Shown in pieces: positions 13,201 through 24,660 of a DNA stretch of 64,000 bases; the stretch's first letter is position 1, and every line of letters begins with the position of its first letter. Below the pieces are notes generated by a model that searched no databases, was not told the origin of the DNA, and was given only the letters and a program-made list of their open reading frames with translations. Position numbers and translations under genes: made by a program. The stretch is from Podospora anserina (taxonomy: Eukaryota). The stretch spans positions 1 to 64,000 of the forward strand of contig CM030338.1 of NCBI GenBank assembly GCA_017654855.1, written 5' to 3'.

Positions 13201-14850
13201 TTATTTTAATTAAAGTATTAATAATAATAAAAATATTTTAATATATAATAGTAGTACCGTTAAACGTAAATTTATTTTCGGATACCGTAAAATTATTAAT
13301 AATTATACTATACGTACGAACCTTTAAAACCTAGTTTATTAGTATAAAGTAATTATTTTAGTAAACTTTAATTATAAATTTTAAGATTTTAGAGCGAATA
13401 ATATTAAAAAAATTAAATTTTTTATTTATTTTTTTTAGCCGGGTAAATTCGTAAAGTAAATATTATATAATAAAGGTTTTACCGAAAGTAATGATAATAA
13501 AGAAGAGTAGTATAAAGTCGAACGAAGTATATTATTTTCTATTATCCTTTAGGGCTATAGTAGTTAGAGTAGAAAGGAGGGCGCTTTCGTACGACGATTA
13601 TAAAAAAAAATAATTTAAAAGTCTAATAAAAAAATCGATAAATATTTAATTTAATAATTTTTTTCCGGCTTTATTATTACTATAATAAAACTCTTATACT
13701 ATTTATATAATAATCTTTAAACTTTTTATTTAATTAACGTTTAAATTATATAATAACCGATCTTATTAATCCTAACTCTATATATAATAAATATACTTAA
13801 AAATCTTTTTTTAAATAAAAAAATATTTTTATATTGTACGAAGGACTAAATTATTATTATTAAAAGGCTTAGAAGGTTTTTAGTCAATCGTTTTTTTATT
13901 AATTTCGAATAAAACTAAATAATTAACTTTATCGGATAATAATTTTATTATTATATTAATAATAATTTAATTAATCCTCTCCTAAATTTTATAAAGGACC
14001 GTAAAAGTAATTAAATTTTTATTATTTAATTATCTTTTATTTAAATTAAAAAAAATCGAATAATATACGGTTTACTAATTTAAAAACCTAAAATAATATA
14101 TTTAATTTATTTTATTTAATTAAAGATTTAAAGTTAATTATTTTTTATTTACTATAATAATTATTAATATTTATTAAAGGGTTAAATTAATTATATAATA
14201 AAATATTATAAATTATTTTTTTCGTTTTTAAATTTATTATACGAAGTTAGGATTCCTAGTTACCGGCTCCGTTAATCGTACTTTAAAATATTTAATAATT
14301 AACTAACTTTTAAAAAACCGTTAATAATATATTTTAATTATTTAAAGTCCTTAATATTATTAAATTACTTTAATATTTCCCCCTTTTATATTAAAATTAA
14401 TTTAATCGTGCCTCGTATAGTAATACTTTTATATTACTCTTTTAATCCGTATAATATAAGCGTAAATATTATACTTTAATTTATTAAAAAAAAGCTTCTT
14501 TAATTCTAAAATTAAATTAATTACCGTAAAAGGAAGTATAAAGTTTATTAAGTTTTATTATTTTCGAAAAACCATTAATAAATTATTATACTTTTATATA
14601 ATATTTAATTTATTTATAATTATAATATTTTTATAAAATATATAAAAATAAATAAGTATTTTATTTATAAAAATAATTATTTTATATTTTTTATAAATAA
14701 AAATTTAAAAGTAAAAAATATAAATAAAAGGATTTATTTTAGTATAGTATTAATAGTAATATAATAATTATATATAATACGAGATATTATTAAATTAAAG
14801 TTTACTAATAAGTTTTTTTAAAAAAAAATACTTTATTAAAAGTAAAGTGG
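10300..14850 (-). pseudogene. RIP-degraded telomere-linked RecQ helicase (TLH)-type gene; boundaries approximate
   Basis: Minus-strand translation with C>T/G>A changes reverted by hand gives ordered motifs. Motif I ITGIGNKKNIIFLL (=TGTGSGKS..FLLP) ~11880-11920; IIFNKYYTIL (=IVFDECHTIL) ~11620-11650; LLFLIATLL (=LLFLTATLP) ~11525-11550; FALNISINI (=SALGIGIDI) ~11160-11190; F-I-*-KSG*TGKDG (=QESGRAGRDG) ~11075-11110; Zn region (CRR..SRVMDGRMDRAGCEEGEELC..C) ~10875-10955. N-terminal TLH-type blocks SYESALLS ~13570-13595 and (PMDW)VLKVRTY(G) ~13305-13345. Confidence 0.8.
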
Positions 14851-14869
14851 GTTACGTATAAATAAATAA

Positions 14870-16380
14870 AGGTAGTAACGTACGGTTACCGGGGTCTAAA
14901 TCCTGTATAATAGTTAGGGCGTACCTAGGCAGGAAAGTAATAAGGTACGGTTACTAGTCCCATACAATAATTAGGGCGTGCTTAGGTAGGAAGGTAGTAG
15001 CGTGCGGTTACCGGGGTTTAAGTCTATAAAAGCAAACCTTTTCCTCTAAAGTAAGCTTTTTTTTCTAAATCCCTCGACAGGCCAACTATATAATAAAGCC
15101 TTATTATTCCGATCTAAACGTCTAGATCCCGTACGGTAAGTAAAGCTCGCCTAGGCACGAAGGTAGTGGCGTGCGGCTACGAGGATCTAGGACCATTTTT
15201 TCTAACTACCTCGACTACCTAACTATATAATAGAGCCTTATTATTCCGATCCAGGCGTCTAGGTCCCGTACGGTAGGCAAGGCTCGCCTAGGCGCGAAGG
15301 CAGTAGCGTGCGGCTGCGAGGATCTGCGTCCCGTACGGTAGTTAGGGCTCGCCTAAGCACGAAGGCAGTGGCGTGCGGCTGCGAGGATCTGGGACCATTT
15401 CTTTCAACTACCTCGACTGTCCAGCTGTGTAATAGAGCCTTGTTATTCCGATCCAGGCGTCTGGGTCCCGTACGGTAGGCAAGGCTCGCCTGGGCGCGAA
15501 GGCAGTGGCGTGCGGCTGCGAGGATCTGCGTCCCGTACGGTAGTTAGGGCTCGCCTAGGCACGAAGGTAGTGGCGTGCGGCTGCGAGGATCTAGGACCAT
15601 TTCTTTTAACTACCTCGACTGCCTAGCTATGTAATAGAGCCTTATTATTCCGATCTAGGCGTTTAGGTCCCGTATAGTAAGCAAGGCTCGCCTAGGCGCG
15701 AAAGTAGTAGCGTGCGGCTGCGAGGATCTGCGTCCCGTACGGTAGTTAGGGCTCGCCTAGGCACGAAGGCAGTAGCGTGCGGCTACGAGGATCTGGGACT
15801 ATTTCTTCTAACTACCTCGATTACCCAGCTATGTAATAGAGCCTTGTTATTCCGATCCAGGCGTCTAGGTCCCGTACGGTAAGCAAGGCTCGCTTAAGTA
15901 CGAAGGTAGTAGCGTGCGGCTGTAAGGATCTAAAACTATTTTTTTTAACTACTTTAATTACCTAGCTATATAATAAAGCCTTATTATTCCGATTAAAGCA
16001 TTTAAGTGCCGTACGATAGTTAGGGTATACCTAGGTAGGAAGGTAGTGGGGTGCGGTTGCCGGATTTAGGTTTTTAAAAGCGGACCTTTTCTTTTAAATC
16101 CCTCGATAGGCTAGCTTTATAATAGAGCGTTATTATTCCGATTAAAGCGTTTAAGTGCCGTACGATAGTTAGGGCATACCTTGGTAAGAAGGTAGTGGCG
16201 TATAGTTACTAGTCCCGTACGATAGTCAGGGCATACCTCGGCAAGAAAGCAATAGCGTACGGTTACCGGGGTCTAGGTCTATAAAGCAAGCCTTTTCTTT
16301 TAAATCCCTCGATAGGCTAGCTATATAATATAGCCTTATTATTCCGATTAAACCGTTTAAGTACCGTATAATAAGGTTTA
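14870..16380. repeat. GC-rich higher-order tandem array (137-bp and 202-bp units)
   Basis: Anchor TTATTCCGAT at 15104, 15241, 15443, 15645, 15847, 15984, 16133 and ~16339. The 202-bp units equal the 137-bp unit plus a duplicated ~65-bp block GTCCCGTACGGTAG...GGCGTGCGGCTGCGAGGATCTG. Confidence 0.92.
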
Positions 16381-16428
16381 ATTAAAAGATATAGATATTT
16401 AATTCCCGGATAGTTATATAGTAGGCCT

Positions 16429-16500
16429 ATCGTATAATAAAATAATATAAATATCGTATAATAAAATAATATAAATATCGTATAATAAAATATTATATAA
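16429..16500. repeat. Short 24-bp tandem repeat (ATCGTATAATAAAATAATATAAAT, ~3 copies)
   Basis: Directly visible direct repeats. Confidence 0.75.
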
Positions 16501-17269
16501 TAATAAAAAAATATTATATAATTTTTATATAAAGTTTATAGATTTATTGTTTATTAATATTATTATTTAAAAAGTAATATAAAGATTTTAAAGTATAATA
16601 ATTAAATAGTATATACGGTTTTAAAGTTTTTAAAGGTATAAGTTTAATTTTAATTAAAGCCCTTTTTTAATAAACTTTTAATCGTATAAATTAATTAACT
16701 TTTAAATAAATATTTAAAATAACTTTTATCCTTACTACCCGTAGCTCGTATAAAATTATCGATACTAATTAGCCTTATATTAGAAGCCTAATAAATACCT
16801 TCTATATTAATATTAATATATATTTTTCCCGTATAATAATATTTAAATTAATAAATATATAAGAAATATAATAAATAATTTCGGTTCTACTATCGGCCGA
16901 TATTAAATATATTTCCGGTAAAATAAAGGGGGCTAAAGTATTAATTCGTCTAAACTATTTAAATATAATTTTAATTTAAAACTATAATTTAGTAACTACC
17001 TTTCCCTATATTACCTATATTAATAAACTTAATAAAGGGCCGTTTAAAGATTATTATACAATAAATAAATATTAAGGTAATATTTATAATAATTATAAGT
17101 GGAGGGATTATAGTAATAAATATAGTTTTTATACTATTAAATAAAGTAGTATTAAAGCTAAAAAAAAGAGCGAGGGAAATAAGGGAGCGGTGGAAGAGAG
17201 CTAGGAGCCTATAGTTATTAATAATTCTAATAATTAAATAAATTATATAATAATAAAAGTTAATTAATT

Positions 17270-18415
17270 TTATATTTTTTATTTATAATTCTATACCGTT
17301 CGTATAATAATATATTTTATATTATTTTATATAGCTCGTTTAAATAATTTTAATAATATCTTTATTTTTTATATTAATAAAAGAAATCCTATTGGATTAT
17401 ATAATTTACTTTTTTATTATTTAACCTTACTTTACTATTTACGTATATTATTAATATATTTATACTTAACTTTATATTTATTATTTATAATTTTATACTA
17501 TTCGTATAATAATATACCCTATACTATTCTATATAGCTCGTTTAAGTAATTTTAATAATATTTTTATTTTTTATATTAATAAAAGAAATCCTATCGGATC
17601 GTATAACTTACTTTTCTATTACTTAACCTTACTTTACTATTTATATATATTATTAATATACTTATATTTAACTTTATATTTTTTATTTATAATTCTATAC
17701 CGCTTATATAATAATATATTTTATATTATTTTATATAACTCGTTTAAGTAATTTTAATATTATTTTTATTTTTTATTTTAACGGAAGAAATCCTATCGGA
17801 TTATATAATTTATTTTTTTATTACTTAACTTTACTTTACTATTTACGTATATTATTAATATATTTATATTTAACTTTATATTTTTTATTTATAATTTTAT
17901 ACCGTTCGTATAATAATATACTTTATACTATTTTATATAATTCGTTTAGGCGATTTTAATACTATTTTTACTTTTTATTTTAACGGAAGAAATCCTATCG
18001 GATTATATAACTTACCCTTTTATTACCTAACCTTACTTTACTATCCACGTACATTACTAATATACTTATACCTAACTTTATATTTTTTATTTATAATTCT
18101 ATATTATTTATATAATAATATACTTTATACTATTCTATATAGCTCGTTTAAGCGATTCTAATACTATCTTTACTTTTTATTTTAACGGGAGAAATCCTAT
18201 CGGATCGTACAACTTACCCTTCCATTACCTAACCTCACTTTACTATCTACGTACATTACTAATATACTTATACCTAACTTTATATCTTTTACTTACAATT
18301 CCACACCGCTCGTATAATAATGCACCTTATACTATTCTATGCAGCTCGTTTAGGCGATTTTAATACTATCTTTACTTTTTATTTTGACGGGAGAAATCCT
18401 ATCGGATCGTACAAC
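17270..18415. repeat. 202-bp tandem array (~5.7 units)
   Basis: GAAATCCTAT at 17383, 17585, 17787, 17989, 18191 and 18393 (exact 202-bp spacing). Confidence 0.95.
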
Positions 18416-18474
18416 TAAATTCTTCAACGGATCCTACCCCCTGTTTCTAAAGTGGGGCCTTTTTTTTGGTGCGC

Positions 18475-18507
18475 TTTTCAACGGATTGTACTACAATCCA
18501 TTGGAGA
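18475..18507. other. Imperfect palindrome (16-bp arms, 1-bp spacer)
   Basis: TTTTCAACGGATTGTA-C-TACAATCCATTGGAGA; all three mismatches can be explained by C>T or G>A transitions. Confidence 0.7.
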
Positions 18508-18514
18508 ATAACTG

Positions 18515-18910
18515 ATAGGGCACCTTTGCTACCGAAAGTTCTATAGATTTCCGTAAGTCTATACTAAACCCACCTAAGCCCACCAAATACCCCAAAGTAA
18601 TATAGGGGCTTCTAGGGCCTACAGGACCCACAGTAGGCCTACGAAGGCCTATATATAGACCTCTCCTCTCTCCTGTAGAATAGTTCCTTTCTTTCTTTCT
18701 TTAAGGGCAAAAGCTTAAAGCTAAGTCCAAAGGCTAAGGCTAAAGGTAATAAAGGTAATTCTTATTCCTTATACCTCACTATATTACAGTACTTTACTTT
18801 CTTTCGGCACTGCCGTTATATCCTTCCGCTTCCGCTTACGCACTACTATATTTTACAGCAATCCTGTATAGGTTCTATATTATAGGCCTATTAGGGCTCA
18901 CTAGCTAATA
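18515..18910 (-). mobile_element. Truncated LTR, inverted copy of the first ~395 bp of the solo LTR at 19674
   Basis: Reverse complement of 19674-20070. It keeps the LTR terminus (CTAATA, from CTAACA) at 18910 and stops abruptly at 18515. Confidence 0.85.
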
Positions 18911-19673
18911 ATAATAAATTTAACTTTTTTAAAATAAAATTAAGTAAAAAACGTTTAACTCCTTTATTTAGTTCCTTAATTACTTTATTTTTTTTCTTTA
19001 ACTTTTCCGTTACTTACTTAAGGATAAATATTCCTTTATTAATTAATCCTTTAAATATTGATAAAGGTTAATTAATAGGAAAGGTATTACCTCGATTCCG
19101 ACTATTATATTCTGCCTTTATTTTATTAATTACCTCCTTTTTTATTATAGAGGCTTTAATTAACTTTTCTTTACATAATATATTTACGCTAATTATATAG
19201 TCCTTTATAAAATTAAAAGTATGGCTCGTATTTATAAAGAATAAAATATTTAATAGTAAATTATAAAAACCTAAAGCTTTAATATTATTAATAATGAAAA
19301 AATAATATAAAATTAAAACCCTAATTAGTATTACTAAGGCCTAAATTTTACTTATAAACGTAATTAGATCTTTATGAAAGCCTTTAAACTATAGATTTAT
19401 TAATATTATTAGTAAATAAAACGTTTTAACTATAGCCCTACTAATTAAGTTATACTTTAAACTTATATTTAATATTATTAATATCTTTTTTAAAGTTAGT
19501 AAAACGAAGTTATAATATAGCGATAGGACGTTATAGGTTCGAGTAATGGCTCCTAAGAAAGTTCGTTTATTATTAAAAAGCCGGCTAATAAACGTAAATA
19601 GTAAAGTCCGTAATCGTTTTTTTAAATTATTACCCGGTTAAACCTTACCTTTAATAATTTATTTTTAAATACC

Positions 19674-20309
19674 TATTAGCTGGTAAGCCCTGATAGGCCT
19701 ATAATATAGAACCTATATAGGGTTGCTGTAAAATATAGTAGTGCGTAAGCGGAAGCGGGAGGATACGACGGCAGTGCCGAAAGAAGGTAAAGCACTGTAA
19801 TATAGTGAGGTATAAGGAATAAGAATTGCCTTTATTACCCTTAGCCTTGGCCTTTAGCCTTAGCCTTAAGCTTTTGCCCTTAAGGAAAGAAAGAAAGGAA
19901 ACTATTCTATAGGAAAGAGGAAAGGTCTATATATAGGCCTTCGTAAGCCTACTGTGGGTCCTGTAGGCCCTGGAAGCCCCTATATTACTTTGGGGTATTT
20001 AGTGGGCTTAGGTGGGTCTAGTATAGACTTACGTAAATCCATAGAACCTTCGGTAGCAAAGGTACCCTATAAATCACACTATTATAGCAACTTACTACGT
20101 AAGCCTATAGCCACTTTAAAAGGTTTTAGTATCCATTAACTAAGCCTCAGGCCATAGTAGCCCTGTAAGCCTTTAAGGGTCCCTTATAAAGAATATTCTA
20201 AAGGGATCCAAGCCGGGAAGTTCCATTACTACTTATAACAGTACTGCCTACTGTAATATTAATCTGTAGGGCAGTAAGTAGGGCACTTAGTAGTACCCAC
20301 ACATTAACA
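19674..20309 (+). mobile_element. Solo LTR (636 bp)
   Basis: Starts TATTAG (RIPed TGTTAG), ends TTAACA, flanked by the 5-bp TSD ATACC at 19669-19673 and 20310-20314. Confidence 0.88.
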
Positions 20310-20314
20310 ATACC

Positions 20315-22450
20315 TTTTTCGATTATACTATACTTACTATTTACCGTAATTCTATATAAAGTAAAGATAGTTTTTCTTTAATTAAATAAAGGAATTTTAT
20401 TATACTTAGCCGTTTAAAAACTTATCCGAACCGTTAACGGTAAAGCCTCTTCCTTTTATAGAACGTTTTTTTTTTATTCGAAATATTTTTAAAAGATCTA
20501 CGCTATTTAACTACTTTAATATCCTCAGCTATATTCTTTAAATAATCTATTAACCGGTAAGTAAATATAAGTAAAACCCTATAATATCTTTCTAATATAA
20601 ACTTAATTTAACTATAAACGTACTTTTTAACTTTCTTAATAATATAATTTTTAAAGTCCTTTACTTTATTATTAAATAACTTTAAGTTCCTTCGGACCTT
20701 ACCCCCCTAATTAAACGAATTACTTTCTTTAATTACTTTTACTTTCTTTTACGCGGAGGTAAGTACTACTTTCAGATTTTCGGCTAAAGCTAAGTTATTT
20801 ATATCCTCTTTCGGTAAATCCTCGATCTTTACTCTCTTCGCTCTTTACGCGCCTACCTCTATTTTTACCTATTAATTATAAACGATTATTAGGATATTAT
20901 TAGAGCGCTTTAAAAAACTTTTAAGTAATTATTTTTCCGCTAAATAATATTATAAAATATTTGTAATAATATAGTTACTAACTAAGTTCTCGTTAAACTG
21001 TATATAGGGTTTAAAGTACCTATAAAGTTTATTTAATTTAATATTTATAGTTTTAATTATTTAAATAGCCGTTTATTTTTTTCTTTTAATTAAAGATACT
21101 TTAAACTTATATCCTTTCCCTTTATAAACTTCTTAATATTCCGCCTATTTTATATAAGCCTTATAGGCCCTATTTAGTTTTAGTTTTAGCGAAATTATAA
21201 TATAAATTAAGTTACTAATTTTCTTTTTACGTTATACTTTCCTTATATCCTTTTAATTAAGTTACGCTTTTTTATTATTTAACTACTTCTTTTTACCGAT
21301 ATATACTTTACTTCCTTTAAAATAAGATAGTTCTTACACTTTATTATATTCTTTCTTTAAATACTTTATCGATTTAGTATAATAATTAGTTTTACCGTAT
21401 TAAAAGTATTTTTTAAGCGGAGGAGGATTCTTACGGTACTACCCCCCTAATTTCCCGAATTAAATATTAATATTAATAATAAAAAAAGTATTAAAAAACA
21501 AATTTATTTCCCTACTAAGGCTAATACCGAGATCTAGGAAGTAAGGTATTTAATCTTTAAAATATTAAACGCGAGTCCTTACTATTTTAGATTTACCGTT
21601 TCCCGGTATAAAAAAGCTACCGTAAATATTTACCTTTAAATATTATAGTACTACCTCCCTATTTACTATAATATTAACCGCTATATATTAATCGAGTATT
21701 TCCGCCGCTTAATTAAAGGTAGTAAGAAAGGATATAATAGTCGTTTTATTTTCTTTATAGATTTTTCTTTATACGTTATACCTATCTTCGATTATATTAT
21801 TAATTTAATTACTTTAAGTAATAAAATTTAAAGATTTTAAACGGCGTTGGGATCCTTTTTAGTTAATACGGGTTATCCTTATAAATTTAAAAAACTTTAT
21901 TTAAAAGCGGTTAATAACCCTAGCTTTTATTACTTTTTTCTTTTTAATCGGTATTTAAAAAAGTAATTTAAAATAATTAAAAATAACTTTCGTTAACTCG
22001 CTTATACTTTTAAGAATAACTTTAGCGTAAAAATTATTTAATTCCTTATAAATATTTTCGTTTTATTAAAGGTTATAAATTTTAAAAAAGCGTTTAAAGC
22101 GAATAATTAAAATAAGTTAAATATTAATAAATATAAGTAGTTTTATATATTTATTAATCTATTTTTCTATATTAAAGTTATATTAAAATTTAAATTTATA
22201 AATATATAAAGTAAATTCTACGATCTAATACTTTTTATAAGTATTCTCGAAATGCTTTAAATATTCTATAAAGTATTTCTTTTTAAAATTATTTTTAAAA
22301 TCGACTTTCTTTAAATTAAAAAATTTACGTTAAGGGAAATATATAAATATTATATGATAGGGGGTTAGCTAATTAAACGTAAGAAATCTTTAAAAATAAT
22401 AATAATTAAAGTAAGTTTTTATAGGGTAAGGGTATTTAAGTTATTTAAAT
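20315..22450. other. RIP-degraded repeat or gene relic, unidentified
   Basis: Strong TpA excess and CpA/TpG depletion. Some plus-strand stretches read like a stop-riddled former ORF, but I recognise no motif. Confidence 0.45.
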
Positions 22451-23121
22451 TAATACGCGAATTTAGGAAAAGGGGTAGGATATTCCTAGATCCCCTAGCC
22501 CGTGTTATTCCCTACTCTATAGGCCCTACTTATCCGTCTTCCGTTCTTACTAGTCCGGGCGACCCCGCTTCTTATAAATCGTGAAATATCTCAAAAAGGT
22601 TTTAACTCTGTATAAATTCCAGTAAAAGAAGATTTATAGATACCACATACTATTTAGAAAGTAAGGTACGGCCTAGTACTTAACTAGCACCTAGGTAAAC
22701 TAATACTATAGTTACCACCGCAATAGCCTAGATATATAAGGGGATGCGTCTATAAGATAAAAGGGGTTCGTGTGGATAAAGACCCTTCTTTCGTCTCATC
22801 CGTCAACCCATACTCCTCTTTAGTCTTCCTCTCATTTATATTGCACCGGCTAATAACCCAACTCAGATATCCCAGATCGTCCATCCATTAATCCTAGCAG
22901 CAGACCTATTGTCCCGGATATGTTCATCTTGATCATGCCGAAATAAAACATATTTTTCCCACCAATACCAAAACTGCAGCTCTTCCCCGCATAGTGCTAC
23001 CATGCTCCGTCGATCATAATGGACCCCATTGCGACCTTGCTTGACTGCCGGCAGTTTGCACATAAGCCGCTTGTACGTCCAAGTCTTTTGTTGCTTATCC
23101 ATTCATTCTTGCTAGTCCGTC

Positions 23122-24533
23122 ATGCGTCTCCTACTTCTTTCTTTGGGCGCGACGATTGCGTCTCTCGCCTCGGCCTCGTTGCAGATTGTTCCGGGTGGCA
23201 CATGGACTACACCAAATGGCGAGCATCTTCAAGCTCACGGGGCTGGTCTCATTGTTGACAATGGCACATACTACATGATTGGAGAGGACAAGAGCGGGGG
23301 ACACTCATTCTCCAACGTCAACTGCTACTCCTCCACTGACCTGGTGCAATGGACGCTCGTCGGTGCTCTTCTGACACGTCAAGCATCCGGTGACCTCGGT
23401 CCAAATCGTGTTGTCGAAAGACCAAAGGTAGTCTACAATGACCGCACTCGAAAGTATGTGCTCTGGATGCACATGGACAGCAGCAATTACGGTGAAGCCA
23501 GAGTCGCCGTTGCCACTGGAGACTCGGTCTGTGGGAGGTACCAATATATCAGGAGTTTCCAACCACTTGGACGAGAAAGCAGAGACATGGGTCTTTTCAA
23601 GGATGACGATGGCAAAGGGTACCTGTTAACCGAAGATGTGAGTTCGTCCTCCCAGGCCTCTCATGCAGCAGCTTACTCAGACCAACACAGAGGAAACATG
23701 GACTTCGAATCGTCGCACTTTCCGATGACTATCTTACTCCCACGACGGACGTATTTTCCTGGCGCCTGGAGGGTGGAAATCGCGTGGAAGCTCCTGCCAT
23801 GATCAAACTTGGACGAACCTACTTCATGTTTGCTTCAATGATGACGGGATGGGACGCCAATGAGAACCAGTACACCACCTCCACCTCTCTGTCTGGCGGC
23901 TGGTCTGCGTGGAGAAAGTTTGCCGATAGCGGATCCAAGACCTACAACTCCCAGACGACATACATTCTCAAGACAAGCGAGTCTAGTGCCATCTACCTCG
24001 GCGATCGGTGGATGAAAGACAACTTGATGGCGAGCACGTATATCTGGCTCCCACTGAGTATCAGTGGAACTACCGTTACCATGAAGAACTTTGTTAGCTG
24101 GGTCCCCGGATCACCTGGATTCTCCGCATGGCAAAATCCTCCTGCAGAAACATCATACGAAGGAGAAAAGGCAGTGTATGGCGGAAAAGCAAGGAATGTA
24201 GATTGCTCGACCTGTTCTGGCAAAGTGACGGCTGGATACATTGGCGGCCCAGACCGGGGTAGCGTCACATTCAACAACATTCGCAGCGACATCGACGGCT
24301 TGACTACAATTCGGATCAAGTTCCTCAACGGAGACAGCAGCCCGCGGTATGCCAACGTTCGGGTTAATGGCGACGGGGGGAGAAAGATTGCCTTCCTACC
24401 AGCAAAGGGAGACCCGGCTTCTAGTACCCTTCACGCCAACTTGAGACGCGGTTCGAGTAACACAATTGTCATTGAGGGATTTGGGAATGGCTGGGGACCA
24501 GATGTGGATCGGTTGATGGTTCCAGTGCAGTAG
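23122..24533 (+). CDS. Secreted GH43 exo-beta-1,3-galactanase-like protein with C-terminal CBM35-like module
   Basis: Signal peptide; QAHGAG, VVERPK, SRDMGLF and EAPA motifs of GH43_24. Intron 23638-23690 (GTGAGT...CAG) joins the two ORFs. C-terminal YEGE...CSTCSG...GPDVDRL. Confidence 0.88.
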
Positions 24534-24660
24534 ATTATCAGTCCTCCCTTGTTCTACGGATGCTTATGTAGATTACCTATCCACAAACGCAGACGACATC
24601 TTGTACCTCACTAAATTTGTCTGATCATGCCATCGGCCTTCCATCTCCGTGGTGGCTGGC

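Noticed and set aside
14870-18415. CRISPR-like repeat arrays
   Set aside because: Whole units are repeated with no unique spacers; the context is eukaryotic and there are no cas genes.
18515-20070. Apparent Mutator/foldback element with ~395-bp terminal inverted repeats
   Set aside because: There is no matching long TSD. The right arm continues as a complete 636-bp solo LTR with its own ATACC TSD, so the arms are two LTR copies in opposite orientation.
19954-20139. 61-aa ORF
   Set aside because: Lies inside a solo LTR, starts with GTG and has no motif.
1-22860. Starship (DUF3435 captain) or Spok meiotic-drive genes
   Set aside because: I recognised no captain or Spok motifs. The recombinase-like motifs found are fused to a RecQ helicase. 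A heavily RIPed remnant elsewhere cannot be excluded by eye.
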